A stretch of 64,000 bases of DNA from Antedon mediterranea (Eukaryota > Animalia > Echinodermata), in NCBI RefSeq assembly GCF_964355755.1, contig NC_092679.1, forward strand, positions 6,912,201-6,976,200, in the 5' to 3' direction. A program made the translations under genes and the position numbers. Positions 41,001 through 52,239 of this stretch are shown here, piece by piece; the stretch's first letter is position 1, and every line of letters starts with the position of its first letter. The notes below the pieces were generated by a model. That model saw only the letters and a program-made list of their open reading frames with translations. It was not told the DNA's origin and did not search any database.

Positions 41001-44000
41001 GCTTAATCTACTCAAATTTTTTTTTTACCTTATACAGTGGTTTTAATTAACTGCTGACTTTTAAGTATTTAAAAATACTCAGTGTCCAAACAGCCTTAGA
41101 ATCTTTGGGCAACCCTCGTATCCTGGTCTCCTTTTTCAAAATTGTTTTTACAATTTTGTTTGATTTCGATCCAAGTCGGCCCTAAACCGTCTCGGCCAAA
41201 GTCAAGTCGGCCCCAAGTCAAGTCAGCCCCAAGTCAACTCGGCCTCAAGTCAACTCGGCCTCAAGTCAACTCGGCCTCACGTCAACTCGGCCAAAAAATA
41301 ATCGGTCAACTCGGCCCCGTTAAAGTATGGAACGGGATTGATAAAATAATATTTCTTCACAATTTTTTAACTATAAATAATTCTGACTTTTAATGAATAT
41401 TAATATTTAGACAATAATATATTTAGCAAAAAAAATAGGAATGATTTCACCAACTTTCCTTTATTTACGTTTAATAAAATTTCAAATTGCACAATTGAAA
41501 ACAATTCGTAGTTGCGCCTCCCTGCGCCTTTGCCAGCTTTTTCGATATCTACAACTGCTACGTGTTTTCACTGACCGGGTGATTCCCCTTTTTTAAAAAC
41601 GCAAATCATGGACAAAAACAATATGTACGATCATTTTTTCTATGGCCAAATGGTGGAACGTAGGCCTCCGTCTTCGATTTACTAAAATGCGGTACCTGCA
41701 CGTGTTTTTGTAACACGTGGGTACTTATATTCATATCAGCAATGAGTTCATTTTTTTATATGATATTATTTAATTATATTATTTTTTTTATTTCTTCATT
41801 TTTTTTAAAGCGTGGATAGTAAGAATCATAATAATATTAAGCACTTTTTGCGTTCCATACTTTATTTTGGTCGAGTTAACCGATTAGTTTTTGGCCGAGT
41901 TGACGTGAGGCCGAGTTGACTTGGGGCCGACTTGACGTGGGGCCAACTTGACTTTGGCCGAGACGGTTTAGGGCCGACTTGACCTGCACCCTTTTGTTTT
42001 ATAGGAGCCGTTGACAAACACCAATCAACTGTTCTTTTTTGCTGATGTGTGCGCTGGTCCCGGTGGATTTTCAGAATATGTGTTGTGGCGCAAAAAGAAC
42101 TATGCAAAGGGATTTGGTCTCACGTTAAAGGGAGGAAATGACTTCAAGTTGGAGGATTTTTTTGCAGCCTCTGCAGAGTTCTTTGAGCCTCATTATGGTA
42201 AGAAAAACTGAGAAGTTAAACAAAATGAACAGGATATGGCGAAAGCAGAAAATGCATTGGGTAAAAATGTTCACCTAAGCAAGCTTGGTTATATATGTAA
42301 AATGGATAGAATTTGCAATGTCTCAAACTCTCTGAAAATTCAGAAATCCTTAAGCTTTCCAATTGTAATCTTTACATGTGTTCGAAAATCCAGCCATACT
42401 CATTTCTTAAGAGTTGCTTGTACATAAAATGCACTATTTTGACCAATAGGAGTAGGAGGCATCAATGGGGATGGTGATATTATGAATGCTGATAACTTGA
42501 CGGAGTTTAGACGTTTTGTTTTGGATAATACAGATGGCCTGGGTGTTCACCTTTTTATGGCTGATGGTGTAGGTATTGTTATATTTTTTTCCAAAATATC
42601 AAGTGCATTACTTGTTTTATATGTTTATTTTATTTTTATTTTTTAATATTTTATTTGAACCATATTTAATGAGGGTGATCCATCCAGCAATTGCTGATCA
42701 TTTGGGACCCTCAGAACAGATACAATACACAAAATACAACAATAACAGTTAAAAACAAAAGCCTATAAATATAATAAGTTACATGAGAATTAAAAATCTG
42801 AATATGAAAATTTGAAATATAGTAAAATAACTAATATGTTAAATTAAGCAAAAATAAAAATATATATACTTAGATCTAATATTTTACAATTTAAAGTCTG
42901 GAAAATGATTACATAGTTTGGAGAAAAGTCATAAGTCTATTTTTGAATGAGGAAAATGATACTGAATTGCGGATAGACAGAGGAAGATCATTGTAGAAAT
43001 AAGGGGCCTTGTAGCTGAAGGAGAGTTTCAAGAGAGGGTTTAGGAATGTGAAGATTTTTTTTTTTTTGAGTAGTCATCCTCCCATTGGCAATAATTTTAG
43101 TTAGAAAGTGTCATAAGCCTTGAGGAGCAAGGAAATTTTGGGTTTTGTATGATATGGTCCACTATTTTCAAACAGATCATATCGTATTGATGATGCTGTC
43201 TGCATTTTGCCAAATATTTCGATGAGTTTACGAACGCTTAATTCATTGATTATTAAAATTAATTGTCTATAAATTCACTTTTATGAAATTAATTCATTTT
43301 TATTATTTTAAATTTAATGTCCAGAATTTAAAAAAAATGTATATCTAACGGATCATATCGTATCGATTGCGCTCTCTGCATTCTGGCAAGTATTTCAATC
43401 AGTTTATGAGCGCTTAATTCATTGATTATTAAAACAAATTGCTGATAATTCACTTCTATGAAATTAATTTTAGGGATTTTCCGTTGAAGGCCAAGAGAAT
43501 ATTCAAGAAGTATTAACAAAGCAACTGTTACTGTGTCAATTCCTATGCGGTCTCTCAGTTTTACGAGAAGGTAGGTTTTCAGTATTTATTCATTTATCTA
43601 TATAAAGTATTGATCGTTTGCCAATTAATGGTATACTTGCCATTTATTTATTTTATTTATTTTATTTTATTCATTTCGGCAATAAACATAAAATAATAAT
43701 TACAAAAAAAACATAAAAATAAATATATATATATGAAAAACAAGACACGAGGCCGAGGAAAGACAAAAGCATTAAACACACGCTGTCACCGGTAAGGTGT
43801 GTCTCTCCAACACATAAATAACAAATAACAAGAATATATACAAATATAGTAGACATATCATTTCATTTAAAAATTTAAAAAGTTTCTCTCCGACATTTAA
43901 AATATAGCTTTAGAGATAATTTAAAATTAATAAAAGAACCATTAACAAAAATATCACGAATCTCATTGGGTATGGAATTCCAAGTTCTAGTGAATCTGGT

Positions 44001-47000
44001 CGGGATGCAAAATTTTGACATATCATTACTGGAGCGAAGATGCTTGAAAGTGAGAGTATCATGACGATTATGATGAGTAAATTATAAATAATGAATGATA
44101 TATTTGAATGATTGATTTTATATCACATGCCAAGGTACTATTTTATGGTCAGAATTTATTTGTGACACAAAAAGTGTGATGTGCCCAAATATGGTAGTGA
44201 TATGTCATGTGTCATTATATGGGCATTTTTTGTCAAATACAGTTTTATAGTGTAGACAGACCTTCAGCTATTTGACATTTGATTCAACCAAGTTGTTCTA
44301 TTCAACAAGCCTTAGCGTTATGTCATTTATAGTTGTTGATGTGTGATCCCTTCGATAGTTTTTAATACTATGCATGTATATTTCACTCCTTTAGGAGGGA
44401 ACTTTGTATGCAAGACCTTTGACCTTTTTACACCATTCAGCATTGGTCTTATTTTTCTGCTGTATATGTCCTTTGATAGTGTTTCACTGTTTAAACCTAT
44501 TACAAGCCGCCCAGCAAATTCAGAAAGGTACGTACATTCATCCTTTCTTTCAAAATATAAATGCATATAAACATATTGTCAATTGTATAATTGTCCACTG
44601 CTTACTGGTACGTCAACATAGAATGTTGATATATATCACATTTAACTTATTCTCTCTACTGTATCTATAATTTCTCCAGTATCATAGGCAAATTCTGTGA
44701 TACAGTGACACATGTGTTACATATATTACATAATTTTACTAGTTACAGTACGTAGAATTTGGTGATCATCACATGTGTTCAAAAGGCTTCCATTTATGCG
44801 TTATCTTGAACGTGTAAACCCATTTCCTGTTACATGTTTTTTCTACTTTCTACATATATTTTGTTTCAGATATGTTGTATGCAAGGGGCGACGGAAAGAT
44901 AGTGAGCCAATACACGACTACATGTTTGAGATAAACAACAGATTAAATGAACTTACGAACACAGAGACAGACATCTTAGAAATAGTACCACTGAAATATT
45001 TAGTGGACGATGAAGAATTTTTCAAGAATATTACAAATCAGAATGAAAAGTAAGTTGTTTTAGTATCTAAAATATTTATGTTCTTTGGTGTTTAGGAAAT
45101 TGGGAATATCAATTGTTTTGTATGTAAAATAAAAAAAGTGATAATGTATACATTTAATGTGTAAGCTCTATTTCTAGGCCCTGGTTTGGTAACTAAAGTT
45201 GAAATACATGTTGCCCCAAATCATTACCCACCTTTCCCACACTTAAAAAAGGCTACAGGATACCCATTTTTTACTATAATAAACCCATGTTTTATATCTG
45301 TCTTTGTTTTATACCATTAGACAGGCTCGTACTCAGGCCCAAGCACTTGCCAAAATCCAAGCATTTGTCAGGAATACTAGTCTTACAGAGGCAAAGCAGG
45401 CAGATACAAGGGTTGACTGTCTTAAGCTCTGGGGAGTAAGTCAACTTAAAAAAAAGTTTTGCTGTATATCTTTTTAAATTATTTTGTAATACATAATTTC
45501 ATTGTTTGGTTTTGTTAATTGGATTGGTGTAAAGTTTGGTTTGTTTCTTTATTGGTTGTTTTAGGTCCCGGACAGGACAAGATCGGCGCCAAAAATTCCT
45601 GATCCCAACACAAAATTTGAAAACTTGTGCAAAGTTAATACAAATTATGTAAGTAGGTTGATTATTTCATTTAAAAAAAACAAAAAACAATTAATGTTGC
45701 TAAGATATCATGTCAAAATTATTTTACTACAGTTACTGCAGTAACTACATTTTGTTTATGTAAGTAACATAATATTTTAGTTTCAATGTATAAGTTTATG
45801 CAACAAACGGTGCGTATATCATTACTCAAAGAAAAATCTTGCTAATTAATTGAAAAAAGTTTACAAAGTACACAAAACGTAGTTACTGCAGTAATTGCAG
45901 TAGAATAACTTTGCCATGGTCCCTAAAGGTTCTCATTTGAGTATGTAAATTACATTATTGGCACAATATTATTTGTACCTAAAGACAAAACAAAAGATTA
46001 CACATGGCATTTACAGACCTATATAAACTGGTCTAATCTTTCTAGGAACAAACAGATTTGCATGAGGCAGTCACATTGCTTGATCCCACAAATCTTGCAT
46101 CGATTCATAGCGTGTACGACTATCGTTGCATGGTGTCTGGTGGCAGTAGAGTCTACATAATGGGAGTTGGAGTAAGTACTGTATACACAAACACGCTTGA
46201 GATCTATGCTCATATTTGGTTTATATTTAGATAGAAACTCGTGCAATTGCATGTGTACATACATATATATATATAAACAAATCAGGCAAAGAACATTAAT
46301 TCTAAACCGCCCGGTGATATACTGAAATTTAATTAATTAATTTGAAACGATAAAGATGAGGAAATCTGTGAGAATGAGAAAAAGTCGCCCCAACCGAGAC
46401 TCGAACTCGGACCGCCTGCTTGATATGCAGATGTCCTAACCATTAGACCACTGGGGCTTTCATGGTATTGTTCGAACTCGATTGGATAGCGACTCTTTGA
46501 CATTCTCGGCGTGGTACGGCGGAACAGCACTAGTCCTCAGTTGTACGCACGCGCACCAGAGATCAAATTGATACGCCCTCATCTTACAGTATTTTTATTC
46601 ACGAGGCGGGATCTCCGAAGAGATACTTTTATATATATAAACAAATCAGGCAAAGAACATTAATTCTAAACCGCCCGGTGATATACTGAAATTTAATTAA
46701 TTAATTTGAAACGATAAAGATGAGGAAATCTGTGAGAATGAGAAAAAGTCGCCCCAACCGAGACTCGAACTCGGACCGCCTGCTTGATATGCAGATGTCC
46801 TAACCATTAGACCACTGGGGCTTTCATGGTATTGTTCGAACTCGATTGGATAGCGACTCTTTGACATTCTCGGCGTGGTACGGTGGAACAGCACTAGTCC
46901 TCAGTTGTACGCACGCGCAACAGAGATCAAATTGATACGCCCTCATCTTACAGTATATATGTATATATATATGTATGTACTCTGTGCATTTGTAATATTG

Positions 47001-50000
47001 TGTGTGCTTATTTTATATTAACCATCTTAAGGATGACCCGTTCAGAATCTCATTCAAAAAGAATAGAGTAATTGAGTGTTCTGATTGTTTTTTATGACTT
47101 ATTTTTCTCAGCAATTAAATATTTTGAAAATTTTTTTTTAAAGCTTGGTTCCCACTGAGATGCAATGCAATTTGACCAATCACAGCTTGATGGGTTATCC
47201 AAACTGTCGTTTGTGATTGGTCAACTCACTTGTGTTGCACCTATGTCATTGCGTTCATGTAGAAACCAAACTTGATGTGTCTTATTAGATTAAATAAATG
47301 CATAAATTATATATTTGTTCATGTTTTGTTGCAGAGGTCGCATGTCTTTAAATGTGATGGGAGATTCAACAACAAATGGACAAAGTTTGAAAACATCAAT
47401 CTTCAACTACCAGGAGATACTCTTTTTGAAGCAGAAATAGTACAAGAGCTCCGAGGAGAGGTGCAGTAAATTAAAACAACCTGTTTTGTTACATATTTTG
47501 AATTTAATTATTTGTATTGTGTATTATTCATTCATCAGTGGAAACATCATTTCTATCAATTAATGTCATTTTTATATAATATAATGTATAAACAGTGTAA
47601 CTCTGTAACACGTATGAGACTGCTGACACTTAGTCTTAATTATGCAGTAAATTCATTTCCATATATTTTATATTATCGTTTGTTGGTCAAATAAATAAAT
47701 GAAATGAGTAACAGCATGGTCATTGTTATTATTATTTACTGTAGGGTTCCGGTCAGAGACGGATGACAGCTATACATATCGTAGACTGTATGTGGTTAGC
47801 TGGAGAGGATGTAAGAAAAAAGCACTTTACTGAAAGGTGGGTAAAGTGTATATGAAGCAACCAGGCTGATGAATATATTTTTATCTTAAAGCTCTATTAA
47901 TAAGTGTTGCATATTTTTGTTTCAGAATGATAAAAGCAGGATTATTTGTGCGTAGCATATCCAAATCTAGTAGAAAAGATCTGACTCCAGTTAGAGTGAA
48001 AGAAGTATTTAGACTAGAACAAGCAGAAACGATATTTCAAAGGTATATATTATTTTCGTTTATTTTAACCTGATATTGTGTTGGACTATCTATTAATGAT
48101 CACAACTCATTTTCTGCTATCCACATTTAATCTCTGAATACCAGAGAGGTGATAGGCACTGCGTATGCCTGAGTGTCATATCATGATGAGTACTACTGTA
48201 TCTTATAACGCCCTCGTTTGCTATGCCCCTACAACCACCTAGGTTATGGGACAACAAAACGAACCAGAGAAGAGTGAATTTTCACTCTTCCCTGTTGAAT
48301 CATTCATGTTTCAGTAGCGAATAAACGTATAATGCCTGGAATATATCATGGATGATTGTTTATTGAGAGATGGTTTTTTCCACTTACTAATTTTATAGAT
48401 TTATTTATTCTTTGATTTTACGTTGTTTTTAGAAAAACAATTATAGGATTTGTTTGTTGAATTTCAATAAATTGATGGTTTCTCCCACTTAATATTACAA
48501 GGTTCTTTAATTTTATGTTGAAAATTATGTGTTATATTATAAACCTATTTTACACCAAATTTGATTTGTTGAACGATACATTTGTTGTAGATTGGAGATG
48601 AAAGTTGTTAAAGGTTCACGGATTCCAAGACTGTGTTTTAGATCGGATGAAAACATTCATTTTTTACCTTTGGGACTACATTTTATCAAAATTACAAACG
48701 GTAAGATTTGTAGTTTAAGAGCAACGCTTGCTTGTGTGTGTCCTTAGGCAAAACACTTTACTTTGCTTTTGCTTTTTCCCACCCAAGCCAAAGAACACGA
48801 TTCTGAGCTTGCCTTACCAAGCTAGGAATTTGTAACAGTTCTTTGATCTTATGATTGCCTGCGACAATTTCATACTATGCAGTTACCGGTTTGCAAAAGC
48901 CAATTGGCCAGCGAAAATCAACCAAAGTTGAAACTTTTGACCTAATGGAGCTGCCTGTTGGTTAGATTGCTTGCTCCATCCAGGTGTACAAATGGGTACC
49001 TGGTATGGTCAGCCGAACATAACTGGACTGATTACTACTTAATATTAATTGTTCTTTATTTATATCTGGGTATAACAGTGCCCAACATGGCACAAAATAG
49101 TACAGTACAAACATGAAGTAACAATTTAAAAACAGATTAAATATATAATAGTTTCACTAACTTTAAGTAAGTAACCGAATCATTTAATAACTTTTTTTGC
49201 AGAGCCTTGGAGTATGAATTTTAGTCGTTCTCAGCAAAGAAAGTACTTCTTCAATTCAACTAACAGAGAGTCATTGTTTGAATGCCCACCAGACTCTGTA
49301 GCATCATTCAGGTAATCATTAAATTCTTTGTTGACTTAATTATGCATAACACAATGTATAAATAATGTTGAATGGGGAAAACACAGTTATAGAGAGTCTG
49401 TAGCCAGGAGAGGGGATGAGAGATTCAGGGGTTTGAACAAAACCCATTTTTATTCCTTCCCTATTTTCAAACTAGAGATAAACAGTAAAAGTATGGTAAA
49501 TATGCTTGGCTATGACGATTATTACCCCTTTCATGAAAAAACTAACCCCTGTAAAAATCCTGGCTTGCAATGGTTTTTTGAATATGTCTCGCATTGCAAA
49601 CAATTCTACACATTTTAACCAAATTTCCAAAAACACATTCAGGTGCGCTATGACTCATATTATTTATTCTGGGTTTATACTGAATGACACTTTCCAAAGA
49701 GGATCAGTAAAATATTACTACCCATGCTTATAAGGCAATAGCTTTTGTGCTGTTGTGATACCTTCTCTTCACTTCAACACAAACACAAAATGTTGAACTG
49801 GAAGGTTTCACCTAGTTAATGTTAAAAAGAGCATTCATCGTTTGTAGTGTAATAAAAAATTAGATTTAGATCCAAAAATCTGGATCAAAAGATTTATGTA
49901 GAGATAAAAAAATCTGAGCTTATTAGAAGAAGGCGGACACATTCGACTTTCCTTCAATTCATTTACAAGCTTGATACATTTGTCCTTACAGGGACTGTTC

Positions 50001-50127
50001 TAAAACAAGACTGTTATGGAAATGGGAAGATGGCGTGGTTTTACATAATGCGCAACAGCACAGGGATAACAATAAATTATCAAAAGATGACATATTGCAA
50101 TTTGTGCATCACAAAACACAAAGATGA
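38088..50127 (+). CDS. CMTR1: Cap-specific mRNA (nucleoside-2'-O-)-methyltransferase 1, 20 coding exons, ~874 aa
   Basis: Exons: 38088-38253, 38677-38906, 39014-39172, 39731-39823, 40356-40427, 40656-40823, 42005-42197, 42450-42568, 43474-43570, 44395-44527, 44870-45049, 45321-45435, 45565-45648 (alternative donor at 45633 possible), 46046-46171, 47335-47460, 47745-47836, 47926-48042, 48591-48700, 49203-49311, 49992-50127; total 2625 nt. Motifs: G-patch [20 protein letters not shown]; RrmJ/FtsJ motifs [55 protein letters not shown]; WW-like [18 protein letters not shown]. Confidence 0.96.
39221..39580 (+). mobile_element. SINE copy (same family as 22388) with an internal 24-bp tandem repeat
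   Basis: Same motifs as 22388; (TGCACTGTACAGTACTTTACTGTT)x~4 at 39373-39470. Confidence 0.65.
40840..41003. mobile_element. MITE family A, ~16 bp from a CMTR1 splice donor
   Basis: Same TIRs as 279-420. Confidence 0.85.
41162..41991. mobile_element. MITE/foldback element with long TIRs made of 15-bp subrepeats, 8-bp TSD
   Basis: (CAAGTCAACTCGGCC)n arms at 41171-41320 and inverted at 41860-41985; TTTTGTTT at 41154-41161 and 41992-41999. A related left arm lies at 56701-56812. Confidence 0.8.
42630..43070 (-). mobile_element. LINE 3'-end fragment
   Basis: The minus strand reads [22 protein letters not shown], a typical L2/CR1 ORF2 C-terminus, followed by an AATAAA-rich tail. Confidence 0.55.
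43645..44090 (-). mobile_element. LINE 3'-end fragment
   Basis: The minus strand reads [21 protein letters not shown], with an (AATAA)n tail at ~43645-43672. Confidence 0.5.
46386..46457 (-). tRNA. tRNA-like cloverleaf with ATC (Asp) anticodon, copy 1 (tRNA gene, pseudogene or repeat-borne)
   Basis: GCCCCAG TG GTCT AATGGTTA GGAC A TCTGC ATATCAA GCAGG CGGT CCGAG TTCGAGT CTCGG TTGGGGC G. All four stems pair (with G-U), A and B boxes are present, and ACTTTTT (Pol III terminator-like) follows. Confidence 0.55.
46750..46821 (-). tRNA. tRNA-like cloverleaf with ATC (Asp) anticodon, copy 2
   Basis: Identical to 46386-46457, offset by 364 bp. Confidence 0.55.
47142..47272. mobile_element. MITE family B
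   Basis: Matches 12898-13041. Confidence 0.75.
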
Positions 50128-50176
50128 AACAAAATACAATAATTCCCTTATATTTACAAAGTTTTTTTTGTGTAAA

Positions 50177-51137
50177 AACCTCGTCTACACTATAATATCA
50201 AGCTATACCAAACTTTTATTTGAAACTTTGCCGTTGTTTGGAGAAGTGTGTAGAGCAGCCTCTACACTCTATAGCAAACTTTACCGAACTTTTGTTTGCA
50301 TACTTTTCCGCTGTTTGGAGAAGTGTGTAGTGCAGTGCAGCCTCTACACTCTATAGCAAACTTTACCGAAATTTTGTTTGCAAACTTTTCCGCTGTTTGG
50401 AGAAGTGTGTAGTGCAGCCTCTACACTCTATAGCAAACTTTACCGAACTTTTGTTTGGAAACTTTGCCGCTGTTTGGAGAAGTGTGTAGTGCAGCCTTTA
50501 CACTCTATAGCAAACTTTACCGAACTTTTGTTTGCAAACTTTGCCGCTGTTTGGAGAAGTGTGTAGTGCAGCCTCTACACTCTATAGGAAAACTTTAACG
50601 AACTTTTGTGTTTTGGGAAGTTTGTGATTGATGTCTAGACTCATTTCTTGAGGATTAATTTGTCTATCTGGAGGATCACATGACTGCAAACCACCCAAAG
50701 AAAGTTATTTTAATGGCTGATTCCACAAACCTTAGCAAACTAGTTTGTCAAAAAGTTGCACAGCCTAACTTCTGCGGTAGTTTTCTACATTAAGCGCTGA
50801 AGTTTAGTAACTGGTAGCAAAGTTTACCAAATTTGTTTTTACAAACTCGCAGTTTGTTCGAATTTGTAAAGTTTGCTAATGTAGATTTGTCAACTGGTGT
50901 ATGCTCCCAAGTAAACATTACCAATCGTGTATACTTCTGAAGTTCGTTCTTTCTGCAGTTTGTCAACAATTGTACGCTTTAGCAAACTTGACAAACTTTT
51001 TGTTTGCAAACTAATCTTTGCTAGTGTAAATTTCTGCAGTTTGTCAAAGTTTGTCAACTGGTCTACACTAGCAACCTTCGGAAAACCTTTCTTACTCGAG
51101 TTTAGAAACTAAAGTTTGCCTGTGTAGACAAGACGTT
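50177..51137. mobile_element. ~950-bp non-autonomous TIR element carrying a 77-bp minisatellite, just 3' of the CMTR1 stop
   Basis: Ends ACCTCGTCTACAC / GTGTAGACAAGACGT, related to family A TIRs; ~5 copies of AGCAAACTTTACCGAACTTTTGTTTGCAAACTTTGCCGCTGTTTGGAGAAGTGTGTAGTGCAGCCTCTACACTCTAT at ~50200-50610. Confidence 0.7.
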
Positions 51138-51893
51138 TGTCCATATCTGTAATCAAAAGACCGAATAACAACTGAATACACTTGTAATTGGTACTTTTGT
51201 AGATATTCAGTGAATGATCTTATAAAACATTTTTTAAATACTGTACATTACACTACACTGTTTAATTTTGTTATATTCAAATGATTGAGTAGTATTTAGT
51301 AGTAAAGCTGATTTTCCACTAGGCGAATTTGTTCGCGCGAATCGAAAACGTCATGCTCTGCGCATGCGTATTCAAGTTTCTGTCTGTCATACTCCCTTCT
51401 GCGACGAATTCTAGTTCCTTGATTTTTCGCTGCAGCGAAATTTACTAGTTCGAATTGTTTCTACTTTTTGCGAAGCGAAATATTGCGCAACCAATCAGAG
51501 CTCAGTAAATGAGTTATGACGCTTTCATGAGCAGTCATGCGAATCGAAATGCTCAGCAACCACGCGAGGAACATGAACGTCGCAGCTTTTCGCTCATGTA
51601 GTGGAAAGAGAGTAGGCGATTTTTTTCTCTTCGAAACGTTTGATTCGCGCGAACAAATTCGCCTAGTGGAAAATCGGCTTTACTCGAGTTTAGAAACTAA
51701 AGTTTGCTTGTGTAGACAAGACGTTTGTCCATATCTGTAATCAAAAGACCGAATAACAACTGAATACACTTGTAATTGGTACTTTTGTAGATATTCAGTG
51801 AATGATCTTATAAAACATTTTTTAAATACTGTACATTACACTACACTGTTTAATTTTGTTATATTAAAATGATTGAGTAGTATTTAGTAGTTA
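51092..51893. repeat. ~212-bp direct repeat flanking MITE family C
   Basis: 51092-51303 and 51680-51891 differ at ~2 positions. Confidence 0.9.
51306..51679. mobile_element. MITE family C (Harbinger-like), ~40-bp TIR
   Basis: AGCTGATTTTCCACTAGGCGAATTTGTTCGCGCGAATC...GATTCGCGCGAACAAATTCGCCTAGTGGAAAATCGGCT with TAA/TTA flanks. A shorter copy lies at 53358-53516, with partial copies at ~53256 and ~28550. Confidence 0.85.
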
Positions 51894-52239
51894 CAGTATA
51901 AAGTGAATTGTCCGTATTCAGGACATTTTTACCTTCATGCTGGGCGGCTAAATTTAATTCTTAAAATATGTACTTATGTTCACTTGACATAAGTTATCTC
52001 TGAGTTTATCTCTCTATAAATTTATAAATAACTGCTTATCTTTGAATGAATTTTCATTCATTTACTATGACTGGATTATTTTTTGGTCTGAACATGGATA
52101 AATAATCCAGTCTCGTGTATAGTCTCATTAAAAATGTATGTGATTATGACGTCAGAAGAAAAATGGATTAGTTCAAGAAAGTATTAAACCCTAATTCGTT
52201 AATTTCAACGGTGAATTGATAAATATAATTCTTTACAAA

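Larger units (their letters stand above)
46264..46975. repeat. Near-identical tandem duplication (364-bp period) of a tRNA-bearing unit, bounded by (TA)n
   Basis: Unit AAACAAATCAGGCAAAGAAC...CTCATCTTACAGTAT occurs twice with ~2 substitutions; TA microsatellites lie at both ends and at the junction. Confidence 0.9.

Noticed and set aside
41142-41393. [12 protein letters not shown] ORFs
   Set aside because: Translation of the 15-bp subrepeats in a MITE arm.
43163-43470. ~130-bp diverged duplication upstream of CMTR1 exon 9 as an alternative exon
   Set aside because: Only intronic sequence is duplicated; the first copy is not followed by exon coding sequence.
46333-46894. Duplicate 65-aa ORFs [16 protein letters not shown]
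   Set aside because: Non-ATG starts spanning the tRNA-like repeat, with no protein features.
50200-50610. Regular repeats resembling a CRISPR array (also 58780-59400 and 27042-27265)
   Set aside because: The units are contiguous with no unique spacers, there are no cas genes, and the context is eukaryotic.
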